Source: Utricularia gibba
Lineage: Eukaryota; Plantae; Magnoliophyta
Direction of reading: 5' to 3'
Assembly: GCA_002189035.1 (NCBI GenBank)
Contig: NEEC01000173.1
Span: 1 to 35,415, forward strand
DNA: 35,415 nucleotides
Positions 22,500-34,090 of the stretch are shown here, piece by piece (position 1 is the stretch's first letter; each line of letters opens with the position of its first letter). Under the pieces are notes generated by a model that searched no databases, was not told the origin of the DNA, and saw only the letters and a list, made by a program, of their open reading frames with translations. Position numbers and translations under genes: made by a program.

Positions 22500-23366
22500 T
22501 CAAGACCCTGGCGCCCTGCCCTCGTTGATCATGGCGGCGGCTGCGATGGACGCTGCCACGCCGCCGGGGTGGACTCCCATTTTCCGATCGCCCATCTTCT
22601 CCGCCTCTGCTACCTCTTCCGCGTCGGCCATCGTCACCACCTTGTCCGCCGGCATAATACCCGCCGCCCCCTGTTACGCACAAATGACATGTTACCACGA
22701 ACTCAAAACATTAATCGCAGTTCTGGATGACTGTTTTGTAGTGTGGAAGATATATATTACTGTCAACACGCCGCTGAGCTTCACTTTTTCTTCATTCCTC
22801 AACACCTCATCGTTGAACGCAGCGGCAGACATGGCCGATGCCGATAACCCGCCGGGAGACACGGCGTCGGATCCGGTTGCCATGCTTTCCGCAGCATGAA
22901 TTGCAGCGGCGTCACCATGGTCCACCGCCCTGTCTCCGGCGGTGATCGCCAGTGATTCCAGTGCTTCGCCGATCGTTATAGCAGCCTGAGGCGCTTCCCC
23001 TGAATCCGCAGGTTCAGCATACTGCTCCACAACCTGCCCGCCAACGGATTTCATGATTATTTTGGTCCCGGGGATATCGATCTCGGTGACGGCAACACCT
23101 TCAGAACCTGCAATATCGGTGACCTCGTGGTGGCTAACGGCGCCAACGTTTTCATTAAGATTTGCCGCAGACTGCATCACGGCGGCTGTTCCGCCTTTCT
23201 CAGTTTTCCCCAAAACTTTGGCCTCAGCTGCCTGCATCATTGCGGCATCTTTAGGGGCAATCGGCTTCTCCGCAAGCTCCCCAGACACATCGAAAACGTC
23301 ACCATATTTGATGGGTTCCTGTTGCTTGGTCCCTTCCGGCGAACTCGTCGGCTGTTCTTGGCTCAT
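22500..23366 (-). CDS. Late embryogenesis abundant protein, SMP/D-34 family (RAB28/ECP31-like), 2 exons, 258 aa
   Basis: Exons 23366-22761 and 22670-22500 with a 90-nt intron. Three SMP repeats: IKYGDVFDVSGELA...DAAMMQAAE, ITIGEALE...DAAAIHAAE and PADK...PGGVAASIAAAA. Confidence 0.92.
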
Positions 23367-23424
23367 GACGTCTCTCAGTTGAAGTATCAAGAGTTCGACA
23401 ACTCGTTTTTCTGCAACCCTTCGC

Positions 23425-23531
23425 TTTATAAACGAATGCTCTGTTGACTGCTAAAGATTTTTCAAGAACGTCGAAGGAATACGTGGCTAGCGGCAGAGCT
23501 CGACACCTTAACACTTCAATTTACACGTGGC
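23425..23531 (-). promoter_or_regulatory. LEA promoter: TATA box plus two ABREs
   Basis: TTTATAAA at 23425-23432; ACGTGGC at 23481-23487 and 23525-23531, the second including CACGTG. This is the arrangement expected for an ABA-induced seed gene. Confidence 0.7.
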
Positions 23532-23739
23532 GGCACGACACATACAAATAGTCGTGCAGGCAAATTCCGGTCGACTGCGTGTACCTAATCCGACAACGGA
23601 TTGTTTTGGTCTTGAACGGGAGAACAATGATTGGATTCTACTTAAGAATTCAACTTGTAGAACATAAGACTCGAATGAAACCAATCATATTACAATCTGT
23701 ACACTAAATAAGAAGATTAGTGTTTCCAGTCACGCCATG

Positions 23740-24253
23740 TCAGAAAATTGCCGCAGGTATTCCGATGAAGAAGATGCCGAGCGCAGTGTAAGTGTTCAGC
23801 TTGATACCAGAAGCATCTGATAGCATCCCGAAAGCCGGTGGTCTTATTCCACTTCCACCTGCGTTGTGTTGACACATTTTCAAGATTAGCTTTTTCTTTT
23901 TGGGTTCCACAGTAGAACTAAGACGACTTGAAAGGAAGAGCCTTACGCGGGCAGTCACTGAAACTTGGAACATCAACACCGCAGGCACTGGCCAAAGCCT
24001 GAACCTCTTGGCTCATGGCAAAGTTGGATCCTCCATAGCTTTGTACCTGGCAGAGGCACTGTGGCTCTAAAGTGATTACCGAGACGAGCTCGGTGCAGCA
24101 GGAATCGCTCACCATGGACGAGTTGTAGCTCAGGCACGATGACATGCTACTGATGATGCTTCTGCAGCCGTTGGCCTGAGATGCAACACCAGTCCACATG
24201 TTGGGAATGAGGATCACGGCAATGGCCGCCAGTGTGAAGTGTTGATGCAACAT
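23740..24253 (-). CDS. GPI-anchored non-specific lipid-transfer protein-like (LTPG), 2 exons, 141 aa
   Basis: Exons 24253-23947 and 23858-23740. Signal peptide, complete C-C-CC-CxC-C-C eight-cysteine motif, SDA omega-like site and a hydrophobic tail. Confidence 0.82.
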
Positions 24254-24537
24254 TTTTCAGGTGGTTTGTGTTGAAGGAAAGTGAAAGGAGACATTTTTAT
24301 GGGCGTTACTTTGTGGGGTTTAAGTAATGAAAAATCCCGAGGAGGTTCAACAACTTCGTCCTAACTTTCTGGCTTGGGCTTTTCTTTCCACAAGTTAGGT
24401 TAAGTAGTTCATCCAGAATAACCCAATTCTGCTAATCAACTCAATCTGCTCTTGTCAACTCTTAGATTTCCCATCTATAAAACCCCGTTTCATTTTCATT
24501 TCCCTGTTAAGAAACCTTGTATTTTCCCAACCAGAAA
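24254..24537. promoter_or_regulatory. 284-bp bidirectional promoter region between the two LTPG start codons
   Basis: Head-to-head ATGs at 24253 (-) and 24538 (+). TATAAAA at 24476-24482. Central GTTAGGT (AC-element ACCTAAC reversed) at 24394-24400. Confidence 0.6.
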
Positions 24538-25448
24538 ATGGCCTCAAAGTTACTCTTCCTAGCTATAGCAGTTTCATCCCTTCTCCTCCTCTTCGCCCCA
24601 ACAGAGTCCAGTCCCAGATCCTACCCATATTCCCCTGCAGCACTTCGATGATCACAGCATTCGCTCCTTGTATGAATTTTGTCACCAGCAACACAACGAA
24701 CGGGACATCCGTTAGACCAAGCCAAAGCTGTTGCAATTCTCTCAAGTCACTGATGAGCAATGGCACAGAATGCATTTGCCAGATCCTCAGCAACAACATT
24801 CTCTCCCAGGTGGTACCCATTAACCAGAATCTCGCCATTTCCCTCCCTCAGGCTTGCAACACCTCTGGAGTTCCACTTCAATGCAAAGGTGAGATTTATA
24901 AATATATCTTTTTTGTTTATCTTTGCCTTTTCATCTCTTCAATCAATCACCTTAGTATCACAATGTGTCAGCGGCAACTCCACCAGCCGTAGCCCCTGCT
25001 CCAAACCGGGTTGAAGGTAAACATATATCTACCGCTTACAATCACAATTCCTTAACTCGCCTCATTCTTCAATTACAAAAAATCACAGGACCTACGCCAA
25101 ATGGATCGCCTTTATCTCCCACAGCTTCTCCTCCTCCCCCCCTGTTTCTAGGTAACAGTTAGACCCTTTACAACTCCAATCGAAGGATTTGAGGCATACA
25201 CTAACCTGATTCCTCAAATGCCACTAGGATCACCGCCACCACAGCAAGTGCCCGAAGCTACTACTCCCCCACCGCCTCCACCTGGAACCATCATTGGCCT
25301 ATCACCCCCAGGAAACTCCGGCAGCCGAACTGGATTGTTCAACTCCGCCGCCGCCGCCGCTCCCTCCCCTACCCGCACAATTTGGTCAGTAGGTCTCGTT
25401 ACAGCTCTGCTCCTGGTTGGAACCACAGCTTTCACAAACTGCTACTAA
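24538..25448 (+). CDS. GPI-anchored LTP/xylogen-like protein (LTPG), 4 exons, one 1-nt deletion near 24604
   Basis: Exons 24538-24888, 24972-25016, 25089-25151 and 25228-25448. Adding one G gives the signal peptide ...APTGVQS-Q, then PCSTSMITAFAPCMNF...SCC...CIC...LPQAC...LQCK, a Pro/Ser/Thr-rich linker and a hydrophobic C-terminus. Confidence 0.82.
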
Positions 25449-25849
25449 GCATTACCTGGATTTCCTTGTCGTCTTGCTTTTTTTATTATTATTCCGATTT
25501 AAAATTTTCCTTTTTTGTTTTAAATTTATTTCGCATTTTTATTACCTATAATTCAAGTTAATTTTCCCTTTTTACCCTCCCGTAAAGCATCTCATCCCAG
25601 CTTTAATATTAACAAGAAAAAAAAAGGAATATTATTTATTCACGTGGGAAATTGCTAAAATGAAAAATTTTGAATTTAATATATATATATTTTTTTATAA
25701 AATATTATATATCCATCACCAACCGGAGACCAAAAGCCCATAGTTGAAAATCGACAAAATTGGCTGGACTTCCAAGTACCAGCTCTACTTGAAGAGCATC
25801 TTGCGGAAGAACTTTCATTTCCCTTGAAATGCAGAAGCTACAGACATTC

Positions 25850-28800
25850 TTACTCCCATGGTGCATCAGATTTGTTGATATCCTCATGCTTGTTCCCATG
25901 GAAGCCTTGTGGTGATGAATCATCATCATGCGGTGTGGTTTCACTCTCTTCTTCTACACACACAGAGTTGTCATTTGCAGACCTGCAACTCTGTTCATCA
26001 TCTCCAACCCAAGGATCATTATTACGTTGTGTACCCAATGAATCAGAATTGTCATACGGCTGCTGATCAGTGTTTGGTGGCTGTTCTTCAGCACCCTCTT
26101 GAGGTTGGGGAGAATTCCGATCATTGGCGTTATCATCCCAGTTTGAGGGGTGATTGACATGTTCATTAGAAGCCCATTGGCGTTGGGAGGAATACCACTC
26201 ACTCGGATTGTCATCCCAATTTGATGTCTGATTACCCTGTTCTTCAGCACTCCATTGACCTTTGGGAGTATCCCAACCATTTCCATTATCATTCCAGTTT
26301 CCATTGCATGCTCCAGAATCATTATTCCCCTCTTCATAGCCTGAGAAATCTGGACTGCTAGATGGCTTCTCTGGAAGGAAGCAGCCTTTGTATGAGCCGT
26401 TGTCCACACAATACCATAGGAGGTTGTTCCAGTTTGGATCCTATATAAGTAATACATTAGAGAACTGATTGTTGCTCCATATGAAAAAGGCAAAAAAAAA
26501 AAAAAAAAGCATGTTAAACGTGTAACAGATTACGTGTACCTTGCAGAGAATGTGTGGATTCCCTATGATAACAAGCAAAGACTTGGCTCGTGTGATGGCA
26601 ACATTGAACCTCCTTGGATTACTCAGAAATCCTAGATAATGACGCTTATCAAATTCATTATGCTTGATCGTTGAGCGGACTGTGGATATGATGATGACTT
26701 CTTTCTCTTGTCCCTGGAACTGTTCAACACTTCCCACTTTGATGCCAGACATCCCAAGATTCTCTAGAGTGCACCGTATTTTGGATACCTGTTGCCTGTA
26801 GGTGTAATGACCCCAATATCCTCCTCTTTCAGCCCTTTATCATCAATCAGCAATCTGATCATCTCAACTACTTTGCTTGCCTCAATTCTGTTGAACCACG
26901 AGGGATTGGTTCCTTCCCTCTCGTCACACCCTTGGATACCAATGAAAAGCAAAGGGAAATCCTTGTTGGGAAGAATGCCATCCCAAAAGGCTGATGAGAA
27001 TCTTTCATCCTCCTTAGAAGGGATTAGTTTCCCATCATAAAACAAGTCAGAAGGAAGGCGAAGAATTGCTTCATGTGTTCGATAATTTCTAACCAACCTG
27101 GTCATGAAATTCTGGTCTCCATCAGCATATGTCTTGAAGAGTAGCAGCCTTTCCAAATATGAGGTTCCCAGTCCACTGCTTTCAGCACATTGAGAAAATA
27201 CAACTGGACCTAACTGCATAGGATCTCCAGCAAGAACCACAACAGTCTGATCTGTATATAGGTGGGACAGAGGAACCATTGTTTCTGGCTCTGAAGCTTG
27301 CCCAGCCTCATCCAAGAAAATATGAGAAAAGTGTCCACGACTCAGTTCTTGAGCATAAAGATGAGAAGCACTTGCGTAGGTTGTTATGATGATCCTAAAC
27401 TTTTCCAAAACAAAACGTGGAAGACACTTGAAAAGTGAGTCTTCTTCATAGCAGAAATCCATGAGTTTGGGATTCATGTCCTCTAAAGGACGTGTGTACG
27501 CATTAAGTCTAAATATCTCATCATTCTTAAATCCTGGTGACTTCTCACGGATTAGCCTCTCCAAGAGATTATCGGCTGCAGGGTTGGAAGGTGCGCAGAC
27601 TAGAATAGCTTTTCTTCTATTTCTATTATAAACTTGAAAGATTAATTCAACCAGAGTCATCGTCTTGCCAGTACCAGGGGACCGTAAATCACATATGGGA
27701 ACCCTCCCTTGCTAGAAAGGATCATTTGAATGGCAGTCGTTTGTTCCTTGTTCAGGGAACAAGATAATGGAACAAACGTTGGGGTTGTTTCACATTAGTC
27801 CTGCTTGGAGTAGATGGGAAAAGAAACCTCTTACTCAAACTTGAAGCAGCCTCGAGAGCCTGATACAGCCTTCGCATAGCAGTTCGATTGTATGAGAACT
27901 GGACATCATACTGATTTCCATCTCTGTGGTGGATATGAAACTTCGGGTCAAACTTCAAATATATTTCTTCAGCCTCAACTTTGTGAATGTAACCCTGCAC
28001 ATAAAGAAACAAGGAACAATAAAGATCAAAAGCATGTGACAATCTCAATAACTCGCATGAATAAATATTCACGGAACAAAGCATAATTCACACATAACAT
28101 GCATTGGACAGAAGACATGGATGCAAATATATGTAGAAGCTCACAGAGTACTGAGGCCATAAAACACAAATGGGAACAATTTAGTAAAACCAGAGAAGGT
28201 GAATTGTATTTTGACATTCTGTTCATGTAACATGAGAATACATTTCCCAAAAACACTCGAATGAAGAAAAGTAGTAGGATAACCTGAAAAGAATCGTTCC
28301 CAGAAGCACCTTTAGCGAGAATGAAGTCCCCAATAACAAGTGACGGTCGTTTCTCAGCCAAACCAGGAACCTCAAGAGACAGGAACTGGTTCCTTTTACT
28401 TTTCAATGTGACTGAAACCATGTCATAGGCATGCATATCTTCCTGAACACCCATCAAAGAAGAAAGCATTAATAAAGAGATGAAGATGGCAATAATTAGT
28501 GTAAGAGGGATACAAAACATGGTATCTATGCTGCATCAAAGAGGTGCATACCTCCAACTTTATCTCTTCTATAGCTAGTAAAGCTTTAAAGAAAGACTCA
28601 TAGTTTCTAGGTGCTAAACCCTCAATCACCACATCAGGAAGCTGACCGTCTTTTTAACAGACCTGATACAATCTGGAATAGGATATTCAGGTAGTCGGTA
28701 CCTAGGCCCACGAGTCGAAGCCTTTGGAGGACGACGACCCACAAAATATGCATTATCTGCAGGCTTGGCGTTCCAAGTATATTGTTTATTTCTCACCAAT

Positions 28801-29346
28801 CGTTGATATGGTTTTTTTGAGGTCAAAGACTTGGATATGCTATCTTCTGCTAACACAAAAACTATCCTTTCTATAGTTTCGCTTCCAACAGTAAAGTGCA
28901 CAGCTGCTGAATGCATCCCTATTTCTTTCGGTTTGCACGACAACCAGATGGTCAAACACTGATCACATTTCAGAACTCTATCTTCCAAGGAAAATGTCTC
29001 CATAAAATCCTCGATATACTGCATATCAGAATTGGCGTTTGGGGCTCCATTAGAGAAATCGTAAACGAGTTCTCAGGTTTGGCATCATAATACTTACTGA
29101 CCAGAGATCCAATGGCTCACTGGATATGTTTTTTATTGTAACAGTATCAAACTTAGTTTCACCAACAAGTCCTGATTGAGGCTTTCCATCCCTTAATGCA
29201 AAAGGCACAGATATCTCTACAAAATCACTCTCCTCACAAGGGTTATAGTTGCAAACAGATTTGCAGCTGTCAAGATCAATAAACCCAATGTCTGCTTTAT
29301 CACCAATAACCGAATACTCATCATCAGATTTATCAGCTGACTCCAT
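25850..29346 (-). CDS. SDE3: SDE3 (MOV10/Armitage-like SF1 RNA helicase of RNA silencing), 4 coding exons, six apparent 1-nt deletions
   Basis: Exons 29346-28552, 28442-28284, 27994-26540 and 26440-25850. N-terminus [12 protein letters not shown]; [22 protein letters not shown] (after correction), [33 protein letters not shown] and RFNVAITRA. Deletions at 29089-90, 29041-44, 28651-55, 27788-90, 27677-80 and 26801-02. Confidence 0.93.
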
Positions 29347-30261
29347 AAGGTTATCCTGAAGCTACAAACAGTCATACAAAATCAGTAACATCCAGCAATG
29401 ATTGTTATACATCAGAAACATATGAAAAAGCTCTGATAGAAATCTGATAAATGATCCATATAAAGCAGAGTAAAATTGTCCAGTTAATGGTTAAAAAGCA
29501 CCCAGTTTCATTCTAAAGAGAGATCATCTAACAATGGGGTGATTCTTATGCGCTTCTTCAACCAAAAATTTCAACAATAAAAACAATAGCATGCACCAAA
29601 TACGCAATCGGAAAACGATGTCCCATGAACGGCAATGTAGCGAAACCCACATAAGGCTTCCATCACTCCACGCATTGGAGACGATGAAATAGTTACGAGA
29701 AGGGCTTTCAAAATGAAAACAATTACCAGTCAGCGAACAGAGGAAAAGAAAAATGCGACGTACCCACTCGAGCACAAGAAAGAAGAAGGTTAAACAGAAA
29801 GCGGACCCGGAGCAGCGCCAAGATTCTTGCACGAACCCCTAGGTCCTGGAGAGATTCCGCAGTCAGCTTTGCCGGCAAAAATGAGAATCAGTGAAATGAA
29901 AAAGGGACCATTTCGAAAAATTGAATGAGTGAAATGAAACCAGCCCCATGACGCTTCAGCTTTGGTTCAACCCCCAAAGGTGACCGATGATGATGCTCTT
30001 ACATCTTTCGATAGTAAACAGTACACTTCCCCACGTTTTCCTTTTCCGTTACCAATTAATTACGAGCTAAAACCCAGATCATCTCATCTTAAAATCTCAT
30101 CCATTATCGCATAACACCAGCGCCGCCTTCTTCTTCGTCACTATGCTTGGACTTGATCACCGGAATCATGCACTGCAGACTTCCCTCGTTTAGGTCTCCA
30201 TCAGCCAGATTCAGGGGAGGGGCTGTGCTGTGGACACGGATCGCATCTAGTTTCCCTTATT

Positions 30262-30465
30262 TGGGCCTAAGAAACTTGACAATACGGGCTACCAGCATCC
30301 GGCCCAGATAGATCCACAAGAGCCCGCATCAGAGGTATCCAGTCCTGGCTGGAAATTTTATGATGTACTTCCCTTTTGGGCCCAGACCAGATCCAAGCCC
30401 ATTTTAAAAAGTTCAATCAAACACTCGGTTCATAGTTACAATTTCAAAATAGGCGGCCTGGCCCA
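30262..30465. promoter_or_regulatory. Cluster of five site-II (TCP-type) motifs upstream of SDE3
   Basis: TGGGCC at 30262, GGCCCA at 30301, TGGGCCCA at 30377, AGCCCA at 30396 and GGCCCA at 30460. Confidence 0.45.
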
Positions 30466-31730
30466 ATCCCATTTTTCCTAATACTAAAACATTAAAAAAG
30501 AAAATATTTTATATGGGTAGATTTTACCAAAGTTATTCCAATTTATGGTCAATATTAAACATTTAATTTACAAGTTTCAAAATTATGATATAAAACCTTC
30601 AATTTAATTTTTTAAATAGTTTACACCTTAATTTATTGAAATTATATATTTAACTTTTTATGTTATCAAAATTAATTGGTTTTGATCGTTGTTATAACAA
30701 TATATTATATTAGATATAAACATGAAAACAATATAAATATCTTTAATTTGAATCATACAATACACAAATGTGATATAGCCCTACATAGATATCATTCGAT
30801 TCATCAAATTTCAACAATTTGAGGGATTTAAATTTTTTATATTAAAGTAAATTTGAGATATTTTTCTTGCAATTTTATCTATTTTATATTAAAAAGATAT
30901 TTGTAAGATTATTACATTTTCAAATGTTATGTCCAATTTTACAAACCACAAGTAGCAGGCCCAAGGCAGCGGAGGTGTGGACCCCGCAGCCAGCAGACTC
31001 GAAAGCGACGCTTCATTTGTTTCATGACAAAATTTCAACGGACACGACATAATAAAACTCCACCCCCTCATTTATTGTTATTCCCCCCCGTGACCAACCC
31101 CGCAGCGGTCGCCATTTTTTCGCCATGTCGTTTTCTTCTTCTCCCACTCAATAATGCTGATTCTTATGCAAATGCTGCTTCACACAACAATAGGTAGCAC
31201 CGGCGTCTTGATGCCTTTGAGAGTAGGAGAGGAACAGGTGGGAATGACAAGGACAAAACTGAGGCTGATGCAGACGGAAGCAGATGAACAAGAATACAAT
31301 AAGCACGACACTCCATCTCGAAGCGGGCCATGCAGGAATGATGCCAGGGGCAGGCTGAAGAAGACCCACGTTCCCCGTGAACTAGAAATGATATCTTCCT
31401 GGTCGAGATTTGACGGCATTATCATGACATGGTGGTTCATTGGGTTGACACGGAGGGGGGGACTGCATGTAGAATGGTTTTGAGAGGGCTCGTTAGCAAG
31501 TGGATTTGGTGTATTTTCTTCTTTTTTGGGAGGGGGAGGGATAGCACAGTTTCTAAGATGGTGAAAATGATCACGTGGCTCGCTAAGAGATGTTAATGTG
31601 GATAAGCAATTAGTGGGTATCAAGACAGCCATCCAAAGGTACGAGAATCCAACTCCCCTCTTCTTAAATTCTGACTGCATGTTCTGTCTCTCTTTGCTCT
31701 GCTCTGATAGCTTCTGAGGGGAAGGGGAAA

Positions 31731-33333
31731 ATGGGTCTCTGGGTTTCAATGGCTTCTCTGCTCCTCCTGTTTGCGTTTACCAGCTGCATTAGTTCTGTTT
31801 CTTGTGTACTCAGGAATGAGCTTCTTCCTCTCTCATTGAAGAAGCTAACCCGGACAAAGCCAGAGTATGCTGTAAACTGCAGAGTCCCACAGACAACAAG
31901 TGAGTTTTCAAACACCAAATTGCATTCCACTTGTTTCTTTTGGGTTGCTTTTATGGTAGTTTTAAGGTTAGGGAAAGTTTCGTTTCTTGGGTTTCCTACT
32001 TTTGGTGCCCTGATGTTATCTGCTTCTAAAGAGAGTTGTCAGCATCAACAGGAAATGAAAACGGAGCTACCATTTTAGAAATGAAGCATCATGATTCCTG
32101 CTCAGGCCTTGCACAAGACTGGAACAACAAGCCTCAAAATCGTCTCTTTGCTGATGTTATCAGATTCAAGTCCATGCAATACCGCATTGAAAATATGGGT
32201 TCCACGAAAAAGGAATCCATGTCTCTACAAGCAGAGCTTCCACTGAACTCAGGAATCAAACTCCAGACACTTAACTACATAGTCACTGTTACATTAGGGG
32301 GCGAAACTTGACAGTTATAGTTGACACAGGAAGTGATCTGAGTTGGGTTCAGTGTCAGCCTTGTCAGCAATGCTACACTCAAGCAGATCCAGTGTTCAAC
32401 CCCTTGCTATCCCCTTCATATCGAAACGTTCAATGCAGCTCACAAGCCTGTCAGAATTTACAGTACGCAATTGGACACTCAGGGTTATGTGGTAACGATG
32501 AACCTAAATGTAAATATGCAGTTACATACGGGGACGGATCATCAACTGCAGGGAATCTGGGGAAGGATAAGCTACTTCTAGGAGTGGTTTCTATTGAGAA
32601 CTTCATATTTGGATGCGGGTATTACAACAAAGGTCTTTTTGGTGCTGCTTCTGGTTTACTGGGACTGGGAAGAAGCCAACTTTCACTCATTTCTCAAACT
32701 TCCAATTTGTTTGATGGTGTTTTCTCCTACTGCTTACCTGAGTCAGATACCACTCTCTCGGGTTCATTAGTTCTTGGAAGCAGTACCTCGGTTTTCAGAA
32801 ACACAACTCCGGTTTCTTACACTAACTTAGTGGTAGATCCTCAACTCAACAGCTTCTACCTTCTGAATATGACAGGAGCCAGCGTTGGAGGTGTTGAATT
32901 GCAATCTCCATCTTTTGGGAAGACAGGGATTCTTATTGATTCGGGGACAGTCATCACTAGACTCCCTCCATCTATCTACAGAGCAGTTAAAGACGAGTTC
33001 TTGGTGCAGTTTGCAGGGTACCCTCCCGCCCCAGGATTCTCGATCTTGGACACATGCTTCAACCTCACAGGATACCAGAAAGTCAATGTCCCTACAATGA
33101 AGATGAGGTTCCAGGGTGGAGCAGAGATGAGTGTCGATGTTTCAGGAATGCTGTATTTCGTGAGAAGGGATTCATCACAAGTGTGCTTAGCTCTGGCAAG
33201 CCTTGGTTACGAGGATGAGAACGGGATCATTGGGAACTATCAGCAGAGAAACACAAGAGTTGTGTATGATACAAAGAATTTAGTGGTGGGATTTGCTCGA
33301 GAGATGTGCAGCTTAAGACCACGAAAGATGTAA
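31731..33333 (+). CDS. Secreted A1 aspartic protease, AED1/At1g79720-like, 2 coding exons, one 1-nt deletion at 32297-32301
   Basis: Exon 1 is 31731-31899 with a signal peptide; exon 2 starts at 32052 (alternatively 32043). ENGATILEMKH, corrected LGGRNLTVIVDTGSDLSW, second catalytic LIDSGTVITRL and IIGNYQQRN. Confidence 0.9.
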
Positions 33334-33399
33334 TTTTTACACAAAACAGCATGTATATATATATATAATTCACTACATGACACGAGACTGCTTCATGGA

Positions 33400-34090
33400 T
33401 GGCAACACACGCAAGAGAAAAGCAAAAGTGTGCAGGTAGAATAAGAACAAACCTTCCATGTGCCATGTGCCATGTGTTATCCCCACAAAACGTAATGAAA
33501 AAAAGAAAGCAGCCAGTTCTGCTGGGAAACAGTAATCACATGTGAAGTTTTTTGAAAAGGCAGCAAACAGATAAAGAATCCACAGTTAAACAACGGCACA
33601 CTATCCATCTCAGGAATGGGTGCAATCTCAAATGGGAATATAGCAAAGCAATAGAACAGGCATTCAAGTTTGTCTTGTACCCGCTTAGTCTCCTCAAGAG
33701 AACAATCTACATGAAAAGCAGAGCAGCATCGCCGATGGTTTACCTTTGCAAGTTCTATCATCATCCACACAGTGCCATAATTTCCTTCCATTCACAGCAC
33801 CCGTCTCCAAATCTAACTAGATTCATTCTCTCCCCCCTGCAAGCCCAAAAACATCCAAACCCCCCGCCCAAACACAGTTTGTTAGATTAAAATCCGCACA
33901 GACAAACCCTCTTGAACGGGCCTGAATTCCTCTGTGGGAAATGGGTGATGGATTCACTATTCCAAAGCCCCACCACGTACCTGTACTGCGGGACCCACCC
34001 ATCCCTTCCCCCTCCGTATTCAATCCTACGGCCACTAGCGAACCTGAATCGCATGCGGTCAGGATGTGCCAGTCCCAGTCCCAGTTCTTC
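33400..34090 (-). ncRNA. Putative spliced minus-strand transcript (lncRNA or small-ORF RNA); ends not defined
   Basis: Two well-formed GT-AG introns on the - strand (33980-33837 with a CTAAC branch site, and 33743-33522 with a NAGNAG acceptor). No recognisable protein. Confidence 0.35.

Noticed and set aside
16200-29346. A functional link between the fresh retrotransposon and the nearby silencing helicase SDE3
   Set aside because: They are 4.3 kb apart with three genes between them. SDE3 acts in trans and is probably intact, so proximity alone is uninformative.
30100-30260. Short coding-like stretch on the - strand (DAIRVHSTAPPLNLADGDLNEG...)
   Set aside because: It has no start codon, splice context or recognisable family, and lies within the likely SDE3 promoter.
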